Shown here: piece by piece, positions 1 through 10,384 of the stretch
Position numbering within the stretch: the first letter of the stretch is position 1
Layout: each line of letters begins with the position of its first letter
DNA from: Trichomonas gallinae
Taxonomy: Eukaryota
Length of the DNA stretch: 52,719 bases
Assembly: GCA_008369845.1 (NCBI GenBank)
Contig: MRSU01005835.1
Location: forward strand, 1-52,719
Direction: 5' to 3'
Notes under the pieces: generated by a model
Databases searched by the model: none
What the model saw: only the letters and a program-made list of their open reading frames with translations
Told to the model about the DNA's origin: nothing
Position numbers and translations under genes: made by a program

Positions 1-389
1 CTAAAGGTCTAGAGATTAAAAAATGAGCGTGGATGAAAAAAGACGATAAAAACCGTTTTCGTGCAAGCGCACCCTTAACATCAATAAAACGATATCAGCA
101 TTATATTTCAGAACATAGATCATTTATGGTTTAAAACACATTAAATTTTAAAATCCTGAGCTATTTTTTTATTATTTAGTTTGGAAATGATTTTTTACTA
201 TTTAATAATATTTTTCTATTTAATGAAAACCTTCATATACGACATTTACATCACATATGCAATCAAAAAAAAAAAATCAATTGAAATCAAAAAAAAATTA
301 TATATTTAAACAAACAATAATATGCGAGTACAGAATGTCCTAAGCATCTAAATGTGATCATCTTGTAATATTTCGGATATAATTCAGAA

Positions 390-1430
390 TTAGGCAAAAT
401 TGCCTTCAACATATGATATTTCTTCTTCAAAAAGCTCCATCTTGGTTAATGTTTGAGGGTTATCGAAGTTGAAATTAACATTAAATGGAAGAGATAATTT
501 TTCATATATTAGCTTCAAATGGTTTGTGAATTCAATCAATGATGATCTGAGTTGAGCGATATCATCCTGAAAACACAAAGAAGACTCCATTAGATTTGAA
601 ATTGTTAGACATGATGTAGTAATGGTAGCACGAATATTGGAAATCTGATATGATGATGTCAGACTTAAAGGAATACCTTTTGATAGTATCGAAATAGCCA
701 TAGAAGATACTTGAATCATTGATTTTTTGAAAGTTGGGAAGTCAAAGTTTTCAAATCGCTTAGATGCTGGAAGTGCAAACGTATCGTCGATGAGTTTCCT
801 CGCATGAAATGCAATTGAAAATAATTGATTAAAACGAATCATTGATTTGTCTTGTGTTGTACGGCAGCCACTTACCGATTTTTTGATTGTGTCAAGACCT
901 TCAAAAAGATACTGAAATGCTTCTTGCATTAATTCGTAATATTGTGTAGTGCCACCTGCGTTAATTGAATGTGCTGACTCGGCGAAACGCTCGAGTTTTG
1001 TGAGTAGTTTACTTGCGTTCTTTGCATAAGGTGTATTTTTACGATCTTGATTTAATTTTAATAACGAAGATTTTGGACGACGGGAATCTAACTGTGAAAT
1101 GGTCAAGGTGTTAAATTTCTTGAAATTCTCTGATAATTCTTGAAACTGTAATGAAAATTCTGTATATATTCCGTCAGGTAATTTATTTGTAAAGAATTTA
1201 TAAGATTTTTGGAGTAATGAAAATGATTCTGCTGATGATTTCATCTCATGGCAAGTGCTTTTTATCATTCGAGGGGCAACAATTGTCCTAACAGTTCGTG
1301 CAGATGGAACTAATCTTTCTCTGGAACTCAATAAAGCTGAATTTGGCCTCAAATTATTGTTGATATTTAATGGGTATATTGCTCTAATCGAAGTTTGAGG
1401 TCGATAAGATGCAGGTAATACAGAGTTCAT
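390..1430 (-). CDS. Hypothetical protein (~346 aa), predicted largely helical C-terminal region
   Basis: Long ORF in AT-rich DNA. Start moved from the track TTG (1436) to ATG at 1430 (MNSVLP). No recognisable motif. Confidence 0.75.
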   Translation of the reverse strand: MNSVLPASYRPQTSIRAIYPLNINNNLRPNSALLSSRERLVPSARTVRTIVAPRMIKSTCHEMKSSAESFSLLQKSYKFFTNKLPDGIYTEFSLQFQELSENFKKFNTLTISQLDSRRPKSSLLKLNQDRKNTPYAKNASKLLTKLERFAESAHSINAGGTTQYYELMQEAFQYLFEGLDTIKKSVSGCRTTQDKSMIRFNQLFSIAFHARKLIDDTFALPASKRFENFDFPTFKKSMIQVSSMAISILSKGIPLSLTSSYQISNIRATITTSCLTISNLMESSLCFQDDIAQLRSSLIEFTNHLKLIYEKLSLPFNVNFNFDNPQTLTKMELFEEEISYVEGNFA

Positions 1431-1523
1431 AAACAAAAAAAATTTTTAAAAAATCTTGCCATGTAAATGAACTTATCAACAATGTAAAGTCAAAATTATA
1501 ATGGAGAATTATAAAATTTAAAA

Positions 1524-2093
1524 ATGAGTAATATCTTACCATCTTATCTTACTCAGTTCATAGACGACATCCTCAAAAACATATCGAAAGGAGATGATCC
1601 CATGTACGCTAGAAAACTAGTCCTGAAGCTAAGAGAAAATAAACTACTTATTCAATCCGAAACTCAAAATAACTATGATCAACATCAAACTACTACAATG
1701 TTTGCAATCATACAACATAAAATTAAAAATATTAAAAATCAAAGCGTACGATGTTTATATGCAATGAGATGGAATCTCTTTCTTGACATATTTATTACTT
1801 CACTAGAAGGTACCGAAATAGGACGGTTTTCTAATGTAGTGCAAGAATCATATATACTCGATATTGTGCCAAATCCAAATTTCCCGACAATTACTGAACT
1901 TGAAGAAATGGGATATGATGATAAAGAACAACTCACCCTTAAATCAATTGGAATATGCTCATCAAGTTATAATCAATTAAATTTCTCCACCTTTAAGCAA
2001 TCTGCATCTAAATCTGCATTACGTATGACTCAAAACAAAAAGACATTAGGTGGTTCTGCAACTCCACAACATTTTAATTCTGCGATTAAATAA
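1524..2093 (+). CDS. Hypothetical protein (189 aa)
   Basis: ORF with AAAATG start context and a TAAA stop. Divergent from the previous gene across 93 bp. Confidence 0.7.
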   Translation: MSNILPSYLTQFIDDILKNISKGDDPMYARKLVLKLRENKLLIQSETQNNYDQHQTTTMFAIIQHKIKNIKNQSVRCLYAMRWNLFLDIFITSLEGTEIGRFSNVVQESYILDIVPNPNFPTITELEEMGYDDKEQLTLKSIGICSSSYNQLNFSTFKQSASKSALRMTQNKKTLGGSATPQHFNSAIK

Positions 2094-2198
2094 AAATCAC
2101 CAATTTGGATATCTTTTAATTGATTTTTATTGTCATCGACGATGTCCTTGATGAGACTAAAATGTATTTATTATGTAGTGTAAATTAATTTTTTTTTT

Positions 2199-2203
2199 TC
2201 ATT
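2199..2203 (+). promoter_or_regulatory. Trichomonad initiator (Inr) TCATT
   Basis: TCATT ends 3 nt before ATG 2207. Equivalent Inr elements sit at 5402 (+), 16624 (+), 31661 (+), 45251 (+), 34979 (-), 38195 (-), 41362 (-), 42472 (-) and 50678 (-). Confidence 0.7.
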
Positions 2204-2206
2204 TTC

Positions 2207-4570
2207 ATGACTGAGTTAATAGATCCAAAGCTTCAGCCCTCTGTTCAACTTCTAGTGGAAAGGAACAGGATATTAACTGAAGAAAACAACGAAATGATCG
2301 AAAAGATTCATCAGCTGATGACTGAAAATAGTTATTTAAAAGTGGCACAGATTGAACTAAAAAAACATTGCGAGGAGTATATACAAGAGCAATCCCAACT
2401 CATGGAAGGACCCAAAATTGAAATGTCTAAGCAAATCGATTCGTTAGAAAACAAAATTAAAGATTTAAATAGCTCTATCAATCAACTGCAAGCTGAAAAT
2501 AACGAGAAAACGCTTGAATGTAAAAGTTTACTACAAATTTCTGAACAATCTAAAGATGATTATAATCAAAATATTCAAATTTTAACTACGAAGCTCGAAA
2601 AATTACAAGCCGCATCAAAGGCACAAAAACAAAACAATAAACAATTGGAAAGTTTAGTTAATACGCTTCAAAAAAAATTATCTAAATCTGAAAAATTAAA
2701 CCAAGATTTGCAACAACTAAACAACACAAAAGAAAACAATATAAATCAACTAAACAATACTATTACTCAGCTTAATACTCAAAATGATCAATTAAAAACG
2801 AAAATTGAAAAACAAAATCAGGAAATCCAATCGATAACTAACAATTTAAACAATTCCGATCAAAAGCTTAAAGATGAATGCATGCATAACGATAATCTTA
2901 AGGAAATACTCGCACAGATGCAAAAACAAAATATTACGTTAACTCAAGAAAAAGAGCTATTATTCGAAGAAAAGCAGCGTTTATCCACAGATATGTCTAA
3001 TTTACAAACAAAACTTGATACAATCACAACAGATCGAACTAATCTTTTTAAAGAAAACACAAAGCTTTCGCAATCGCTTACATCAGCAAATCATAGCAAT
3101 ACTAATTTGGAAAATGAAGTTCGAAATTTACAAATTGCAGTCAATAACTTAAAAACAGAGAATCAAAATTTACAATCTCAGAATCAAGAACTTTTAGAAT
3201 ATAAAGTCTCACTAGAAGAGAAAAATAGACAACTTGCTAAAAGCGTTTCAGTCCTAGAAAAATCAATTTCAAAATTAAGTTCAAAAAATGAGTCTTTAGA
3301 GAAAGATAATAACGAAATTTCAAGCCAGTTGCAGACTGGTAATGCCAATATTGCTAGTTATTCTAAAGAAAACGCTGTTTTAAAGGAGAAAATTAAAATT
3401 GCTGAAGAAAAAAATCAAAAACTTAGTGAGCAGAACAATGAAATCACAGCCCAGCTCAATAATATAACGTTGCACGCTAATGAACTCGAAGAATCATTGC
3501 ATCAAATAAGTCTAATAAATTCTGAATTAGAAAATACTAAGAAAATTCTAATTGCTGATAAAGAGAACCTTAATTCTAAGCTTTTGAAGGTAAAAGACAA
3601 GTTGCACAATGTAGAAATGCAGAACTCAGATAATGAAATGAAAATTCAAAATTTAAACAAAGAAAAAGATGGATTAAGCGAAAAAATTGAAAAATTAAAG
3701 GAGAAAATCGGTATTTTAACTGTGCAAAATACAGAGCAAAGCACAAAACTCATTAAATTATCAAATGAAAATCTTAATCTCGCAGGAAATATTGAAGAAC
3801 TGAAAGAAAGTGCTGTATTTTTGTCCACACAGAATAAAGATCTCGAAACACAAGTCAATGACCTATCAACAGAGAATGAAGAGTTCAAGAAAAAGTGTAT
3901 TAATTTATCTAATACAAATAGATCGCTAGAAGACAGTTTGGAGAAGCTTTCTATCTCCAATGAAGAAACTGAGCGTGTTAAACAAGAACTTGAAGAAAAT
4001 CATCATAATTTATCAAAAGCAAATGAAGAAACAATCGCTCAAGTTCAAATACTTAAATATGAGAAGGATGAGATAACAAAAAGGTTAAATGACATATTAG
4101 ATAAGCAAAAGAAAGATGAGCAATGGCTCAATTCTTTACTTTCAAGTTTTATTGATATAGTCAAGAAATTTAATAATGAAATAGAGATTCCGTCGAATTT
4201 ACCTCCAAAGGAAGCATTCTCAGCTATAATTGATGCGTTTTCGAAGACAAAAATTTATGTTGATGAAAAAATTCTAAATTTAAACGAAGAAAACTCTGAT
4301 ATAAAGAAGGAGCTTTCAAACGCGAACTTAGCGTTGCGAGAATTAGAGATGAAATTAACAATTGCGAAAAATGAGTTATTAGCAGAGAAAGATACAAACT
4401 CTAGATTTTCAGATGAACGAAAAGAACTGACGGATGCAAACAATGTTTTAAGATCTGCACTCATGAAAGTTAAAAATTCACTGATTGAAAGCGACGCGGA
4501 AAGGAAAACGCTTAAAGAAGAGAATGTTGCACTGAAAATAAAACTGGATAAAGCAGCTAAAGAAGCGTAG
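2207..4570 (+). CDS. Long coiled-coil protein (787 aa)
   Basis: Continuous heptad L/E/K/N/Q-rich sequence, Inr immediately upstream, no globular domain recognised. Confidence 0.85.
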   Translation: MTELIDPKLQPSVQLLVERNRILTEENNEMIEKIHQLMTENSYLKVAQIELKKHCEEYIQEQSQLMEGPKIEMSKQIDSLENKIKDLNSSINQLQAENNEKTLECKSLLQISEQSKDDYNQNIQILTTKLEKLQAASKAQKQNNKQLESLVNTLQKKLSKSEKLNQDLQQLNNTKENNINQLNNTITQLNTQNDQLKTKIEKQNQEIQSITNNLNNSDQKLKDECMHNDNLKEILAQMQKQNITLTQEKELLFEEKQRLSTDMSNLQTKLDTITTDRTNLFKENTKLSQSLTSANHSNTNLENEVRNLQIAVNNLKTENQNLQSQNQELLEYKVSLEEKNRQLAKSVSVLEKSISKLSSKNESLEKDNNEISSQLQTGNANIASYSKENAVLKEKIKIAEEKNQKLSEQNNEITAQLNNITLHANELEESLHQISLINSELENTKKILIADKENLNSKLLKVKDKLHNVEMQNSDNEMKIQNLNKEKDGLSEKIEKLKEKIGILTVQNTEQSTKLIKLSNENLNLAGNIEELKESAVFLSTQNKDLETQVNDLSTENEEFKKKCINLSNTNRSLEDSLEKLSISNEETERVKQELEENHHNLSKANEETIAQVQILKYEKDEITKRLNDILDKQKKDEQWLNSLLSSFIDIVKKFNNEIEIPSNLPPKEAFSAIIDAFSKTKIYVDEKILNLNEENSDIKKELSNANLALRELEMKLTIAKNELLAEKDTNSRFSDERKELTDANNVLRSALMKVKNSLIESDAERKTLKEENVALKIKLDKAAKEA

Positions 4571-4587
4571 AATATATGTTAGTAAAA

Positions 4588-5085
4588 TTATTGTATTTTT
4601 TCAAATTCACATATATTTGTTTTTTCTTTAGCAAATTTGTATTCGGTTTCTGATAAATACTTTTCAAATATCAGCCCATTAATATGCTTTATTCTATATT
4701 TGCTATATTTGGGTTGTTCACCAGTTAATTTTGTCGATTTATATGTGTTTGTATATGTTTTATCGATTGAAATGTTTCGTTCATATTTTACTTTATAAGT
4801 ATTATCTGATAAATCTTCTGTTTGTGTTGTGAAATTAACCAGTAAATTATTTGATTTTGATGTATTAGATATTGTAATGGTATCCCATTTAATATTAGAG
4901 AAAGAGCCTTGAACTTGATAATTCTGCTGCTGTATATTGTTTTGAACTGGAGCTGGATTCGCTGCTTGGCTCTGATTGTTTTCAACTTGTTGTTGTTGAC
5001 CGCTATTAATGCGGATTACTCCTGTCGTAACTGTTGCGCGAGACTGATCGATCGAATTGGTTAATTCATTCAATATTGATTCCAT
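4588..5085 (-). CDS. Hypothetical protein (165 aa) with Q/N-rich linker
   Basis: Start taken at MESILNEL (5085), because the track's first 16 codons run through AT-rich promoter motif sequence. Confidence 0.65.
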   Translation of the reverse strand: MESILNELTNSIDQSRATVTTGVIRINSGQQQQVENNQSQAANPAPVQNNIQQQNYQVQGSFSNIKWDTITISNTSKSNNLLVNFTTQTEDLSDNTYKVKYERNISIDKTYTNTYKSTKLTGEQPKYSKYRIKHINGLIFEKYLSETEYKFAKEKTNICEFEKIQ

Positions 5086-5115
5086 GTTAAAAAAATATAA
5101 TGGAAAAATTATTAC

Positions 5116-5214
5116 TTTACATGTCAAAAACATTTACGTGGCATAATTTATATTTACTTGACAAAAATACGTGTCAAAAAAAATATACGTGGCGTAATTT
5201 ATATTTACATGTCA
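5116..5214. repeat. Imperfect tandem duplication (~51 bp unit) carrying six TTTAC(A/G)TG(T/G/A)CA-like motifs
   Basis: gtcaaaaacatttacgtggcataatttatatttac is repeated as gtcaaaaaaaatatacgtggcgtaatttatatttac. Motif copies at 5116, 5133, 5153, 5166, 5184, 5204. Confidence 0.75.
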
Positions 5215-5415
5215 AACAAAATGAAATTCTTTTATTTCTTAGGAATACAGAATGAGTAATTTAACTATAGCTGTTGAAATCTCATAATTACTCCCAATAG
5301 ATGCCGTTATTGGGTGAATATAAATTTTTTTTAGAAGATCCTATAATAATATGAAGAAAATGACACGTAAATATTTACAAACAAAAAATCTGAACAACTT
5401 GTCACTTTTTAAATC

Positions 5416-5769
5416 ATGTCTATCCTTCAGAAAACATTAGATAAAGCTTTAGGTCTCCCAAACTACGCAAAGATGGCAATTGGTGCAGGTGTTGGCCTTG
5501 GCGTTTCAACGGCTCTTTTTAACGCTTTTAGTACAGATACAGTCGCTGACCTTCCACCAGCCAAGAACTTAAATGGTTTTGCCCCAACACTTACTAGAAA
5601 AGAAGCCGAATTGATCCTCAATCTTCCACCAAACTACACACAGCAAGATATCCAGAAACAGCATAGAACATTAATGGCTCTTCATCACCCAGATAAAGGT
5701 GGATCCTCATACATTGCTACTAAAGTTAACGAATCTCGTGACTTCTTGACAGTTGGAACAAAAGTTTAA
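5416..5769 (+). CDS. PAM18: Pam18/Tim14 J-domain co-chaperone of the (hydrogenosomal) presequence import motor
   Basis: N-terminal hydrophobic segment, then GF..TLTRKEAELILNL...HRTLMALHHPDKGGSSYIATKVNESRDFL, the Pam18-type J domain. Confidence 0.92.
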   Translation: MSILQKTLDKALGLPNYAKMAIGAGVGLGVSTALFNAFSTDTVADLPPAKNLNGFAPTLTRKEAELILNLPPNYTQQDIQKQHRTLMALHHPDKGGSSYIATKVNESRDFLTVGTKV

Positions 5770-6032
5770 AAAAAATTGTTCATTTGTTATATAGAGTTTC
5801 ATTATCATATAAACTAATAAATCAATGCACGTAACTTACATACCTTTTTCTTTTTTATTCTTTAGACCAGAATATTATATTGCAATTTACAAAATATGAT
5901 CTCTGACACATTTGTCAAAACTTTGTTAAAATTAGAACTTTATGTGTCATGTGTCAAATTATGATATAAGGTTAAAATAAAAGTGTAAAAGAGTTTCCCC
6001 TTTTATATTTTGTTTGCCCCTTTTTATTTAAT

Positions 6033-7112
6033 ATGGAAACTTACAAAGCGTCTCTTCCAGTTTTAGACAGAGATTTTACTTTGATATTTAAAGGAGAAAA
6101 GTATAAAGTCTCGAAGTATCAATTGAGCATGCATTCATTGAAATTTTGCGATTTATTACAAAATTTAAATGATGATTTTCTCGAGATTTCGCTGCAGACG
6201 ACTGTAAGTGTCTTCAAAGAGTTTATAAAGGCAGTTCATGGAGAAGAATTCTGTTTAACATCATCAAATGTGTATGAATTATTAAAAATCGCACAAGATT
6301 GGAAAGTTCAAGTGTTAATCGAGAATTTATACAAATATATCGAAGAGAACAACTTGCCTAAAGATAAAGTTAATGATAAACCACAAGAAATAAATCAAAA
6401 TTTAGTTCAAATTTTAGCACAAAACGTAGACAATGCAATAAAGATGCCATCGTTTTTGCATCTGCCTTTTGATGTTATATTACAGATATTTTCAATTCCT
6501 CAAGCTAAAATCATTGATCTTCACAATTATTATCAATTTATTACGCAAATGCTCGACGTTCACGGCAAAAAAGCAACAAAATTGGTTGATAATATCGATC
6601 TTAAACTACTTCCTTCTCAAGATTTGGTCGAATTACTTGAAAATCCAAATATTGATAAAAATTACATTTCGCATAAATTGCTTCCTGTTGCGAAATACTA
6701 TGTTGTAGAGACAGCAAAACTTGAAGAGAGCTTTTCTCAGGCAGAAACGAGCTCTTCAACACTTCAAAATCCTGATTCTGCATTAAAGAAAGCTGTCTCA
6801 CGCGTTAAAGCCTTACAAGACAATATTAATGACATCACAGATCAAGCTGATGATATTTATAAGGATATTCAAGAAGAATTAGCATTAATTAAAACATTAT
6901 TATCAGAATTAGACAAAAAGACGAAAGCTGAAGCACAGAAACAAGATGCAGACTCAGAGAAGGCTTTCACAGACATTAAAAACATATGCGATCGCCTAGA
7001 AAGACTAAAACAGCAAGATTTAAAGAGAAGTCCGCAAAGAAAGAACTCAATGCACGGCGAGCAGCCAGTTTTCAAGGATGGACTAAACGATGAAGGCGAT
7101 TTATCTATGTAA
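6033..7112 (+). CDS. BTB/POZ-like domain protein with C-terminal coiled coil
   Basis: DFTLIFKGEKYKVSKYQLSMHSLKF...NVYELLKIAQDWKV is BTB-like, and FLHLPFDVILQIF is BACK-like. Confidence 0.75.
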   Translation: METYKASLPVLDRDFTLIFKGEKYKVSKYQLSMHSLKFCDLLQNLNDDFLEISLQTTVSVFKEFIKAVHGEEFCLTSSNVYELLKIAQDWKVQVLIENLYKYIEENNLPKDKVNDKPQEINQNLVQILAQNVDNAIKMPSFLHLPFDVILQIFSIPQAKIIDLHNYYQFITQMLDVHGKKATKLVDNIDLKLLPSQDLVELLENPNIDKNYISHKLLPVAKYYVVETAKLEESFSQAETSSSTLQNPDSALKKAVSRVKALQDNINDITDQADDIYKDIQEELALIKTLLSELDKKTKAEAQKQDADSEKAFTDIKNICDRLERLKQQDLKRSPQRKNSMHGEQPVFKDGLNDEGDLSM

Positions 7113-7651
7113 ATATATAGAACCGTTCATTTATATATAATTTTTGTGAATAAAAATATATTTGTTATCAAAATAACTAATTTTGATCATATTGATTGAT
7201 AAAAATTATCTTTTTTGATCACATTATTTGCTTATTATCGTGATTTTCAATTAAATTTGATTTTTAGAAAAATAAAATCAATATATGAAAAGAAAATCAG
7301 CAAAAATAACTTAAAGAATCTATAGAGACTTTTAGAAAAGAGAGTATTTACATAAATTCTTACTTTGGACTCTATAGTTCTATTGTGAATTGAAAAATAT
7401 AAGAATTTTAATATTAATTCGTTTTATGATTGTTATATGTATAGATGCTTTTCTATTAGTAGTAAATATCATTGTGAGAGTATTTAAAATTACATAAATA
7501 TATTGATGAAATGGGAGAAATTAAAAATCTTGGTGAATTATAAATATTTTGGCAATTTTACAGGGCAAAATTTTAATATCTGGATATAAAGGATCTGCTT
7601 ATGTAGTAAAATCGGTGTCAAATAAAATAAACGGTCTCCTGAAGGAAAAAA

Positions 7652-10384
7652 ATGAATGTCGAATTTTCTTCTTCTATAGAAGATTATAACATAGGAGAAG
7701 GGAATGACGTTGTTCTAATGGCTAAAATCAAGCAGGAAAATAAAAAATTATCGAAAGAAAACTCGAAACTGATGAATCAAATTTCAAAATTGAAGAAACA
7801 ATTCGATAATATGGTCGAAACTTCATCATCTGCAGAGTCTTTACGCTCTAGAAACTTGCAATTGGAACAACAGCTTCTTGAAGCCAACACAAAGAAAGCT
7901 GAAGTTGAAAATCGATTAAATATTGCATTAAAAAAGATAGAAGAGTTACAAAAGACTACAGATAAAAGAGATACGTCCAAACCTCCGGTTTTTAATCAAA
8001 ATTACGAATTAAACGAAAAAATTAATAATTTAACGAATCAAATAACGAATTTAGAAGATCAACTCGCGCGCGAAAAATCCTCAAAATTCATGATACAAAC
8101 TGAAATGGATCAAATTTATAGTGTTGCTAGTCAATGCTTCAAATTAAATATCAAATCTGCCAATTCTTTAATAGAAAGCATTCTCAAATACCAAGAAACG
8201 AAGGACAGACACGAAGATTCGGAAGTCGAAATAAGTCATCTTCTTAGTAAATGTAAGAAATTAAAGAAACAAAACAAACAAATCGATCAAATCTCGCAAA
8301 GCGCAATAAATTCCATCAGAAACGAGAAGGATAGGATCAATGAAATACTTAACAAGTGCAAAGCAGAGAATCTTTCGTTAAATCAAAATATTAAATTTCT
8401 TCAGTCTCAGATTTCGAAATTGGAGCAAGAAAATATCTCGCTAAACTCACAACTAAAGCAAACACAGAATCAAACTTTGTCATCAATTCAAGAATTACAA
8501 AGTAAACATGAACCTGAGGTAGAAATGCTTAAAAACACAATTAAACAAGAGCAAGAGAACTCTAAGAAGCTATCTAGCGAACTACTTAACTTAAATTCGA
8601 AATTAGACTCATCTGATAAAGATATTAAAATTTTACAAGAAAAAATTGCAGCATTAGAAAGGAAAGTTATGAAATGGAAAGGTAAATACAAAGATGCACA
8701 AGCACAGCTACAGGAATCGATTCCACCACCAAAATTAGAGCAACATGCAGAAGAATTAAGGAAATCATTACAGCAAAATGCAGAATTGAACAATGAAATA
8801 GATCAACTGAAAGAACATCTCAATCAAAAGTTACTTATCGAGAACGAATTTCAATCTAAATTAGACGAATCTGCAAAAGTTATTAAAATACTTAAGAAAG
8901 AGATCAAAAGTATTGCGGAAATGAATGAAATACCGCAAAGCGTCTGGTTGCACTGCAAAGTTCCTCGAGAAATCTCAGATTACATTCACGAAGTTTCATC
9001 AAATCCAGCAACAAAGATTTCAGTGAAACTGACACAAATCATTAACTCAATATATGAATTTTACAAGTCAAATAATGAGAAATGGGCCAATGAAACTGAA
9101 AAGGCGAGAAATGAATTGTTAAATTCGCAAAAGAAGCTTAATTTACTGACATCTTACTTGAGCAGACTCTTCCCTGATGTCATTGTCAACTTCGAAGGCA
9201 TCGCTGATGAAGAAAAAAGCAGAGAAATTTTGCATATGGCAATTCTTAAGTGGAAAGATGCACAAAAGGAGACAGAAATGCAATTAGATGAGCTAAAGAA
9301 GTCTGTTAATGTGCATTTTGGAGTCTTAGGAGTGGATTCTTTTGCTGATGCAAGAAATGTTGTCACAGAGTTAATATATAGAGCTAAACAACTCAAAAAA
9401 GAGAATAAGTCATTATCAAGGAAGCTGTCACAAAGCATAGATAGCGAAGAATTGCTTGCAAAAACATTGAAAAAGATCAAAGTTCAAAATACGCAGATAT
9501 CTGATGCGATAAATGCTGTTCAACAGGAAAATGACGGTTTAAGACAGCGAGTAAATGAGTTAGAAAACCTCCCGCCCGATCCAGAAATGATTTCAGAAAT
9601 TACAAAACAAAAAGATGAATTAGTTCATTACGATAAAGTCATTGGTGATCTTAACCTGAAAATGCAGTCAGCATTAGACGAAAATGCGAATTTAGTTCAT
9701 GCAAATGAACAATTAAAATCAGAACTTGCTGAAACGATTCAAGCAATGAATAGAGTTAAAGCAAATGGAGATTCGATGAAAGAAGATGTTTCCTTTAAGA
9801 TTGATGAACTTGTTGCTAAAATAAAACAGCAAAAACATCAAATCAAGGAAGAACGTCAAAACTTCTCATTTGAAATGGATAAGTTCCGCGAGCAGTCAGA
9901 GAAAATCATCAATTCATTGAAATCACGCATAAATGAACTCGAATCTGATCTTGAAAAAGCGAATTCGAAGAATATTGAGCTTGCAACAAGCTTAAAGACA
10001 TCGGAAACTAAATTTGCAGCACTTCTTGATGAGAAAGAACGCGAAAAGAAACATATTGAATCTCAACTTCAAGCGAGAATGAATTCTATGTCAAGTGACT
10101 ACCACCACCAAGTTGAAAATGCTCAGATGAACACAGACCTTGCTATGAAACATGTAATACAGACGTTAATTCATGCTTTTCCGTTTTTGTATGATTCTAA
10201 TTCTGAACTTTCTATTTCGGAATATGAGAATTGCATATCCATCCTCAAAGATAAGTTTGGTGAACACCAACAGCTTGAATCTCAAATTCGCTCGATTTTG
10301 GGAATTTCTTCAAATGATTCGATTTTGAAGGCTCTGACGCAGGCAATGAAATCCAGCTATTCAACTGCATCATCAGCATTCTAG
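7652..10384 (+). CDS. Long coiled-coil protein (910 aa)
   Basis: Heptad-rich throughout with short non-coil interruptions. AAAAATG start. Confidence 0.85.
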   Translation: MNVEFSSSIEDYNIGEGNDVVLMAKIKQENKKLSKENSKLMNQISKLKKQFDNMVETSSSAESLRSRNLQLEQQLLEANTKKAEVENRLNIALKKIEELQKTTDKRDTSKPPVFNQNYELNEKINNLTNQITNLEDQLAREKSSKFMIQTEMDQIYSVASQCFKLNIKSANSLIESILKYQETKDRHEDSEVEISHLLSKCKKLKKQNKQIDQISQSAINSIRNEKDRINEILNKCKAENLSLNQNIKFLQSQISKLEQENISLNSQLKQTQNQTLSSIQELQSKHEPEVEMLKNTIKQEQENSKKLSSELLNLNSKLDSSDKDIKILQEKIAALERKVMKWKGKYKDAQAQLQESIPPPKLEQHAEELRKSLQQNAELNNEIDQLKEHLNQKLLIENEFQSKLDESAKVIKILKKEIKSIAEMNEIPQSVWLHCKVPREISDYIHEVSSNPATKISVKLTQIINSIYEFYKSNNEKWANETEKARNELLNSQKKLNLLTSYLSRLFPDVIVNFEGIADEEKSREILHMAILKWKDAQKETEMQLDELKKSVNVHFGVLGVDSFADARNVVTELIYRAKQLKKENKSLSRKLSQSIDSEELLAKTLKKIKVQNTQISDAINAVQQENDGLRQRVNELENLPPDPEMISEITKQKDELVHYDKVIGDLNLKMQSALDENANLVHANEQLKSELAETIQAMNRVKANGDSMKEDVSFKIDELVAKIKQQKHQIKEERQNFSFEMDKFREQSEKIINSLKSRINELESDLEKANSKNIELATSLKTSETKFAALLDEKEREKKHIESQLQARMNSMSSDYHHQVENAQMNTDLAMKHVIQTLIHAFPFLYDSNSELSISEYENCISILKDKFGEHQQLESQIRSILGISSNDSILKALTQAMKSSYSTASSAF

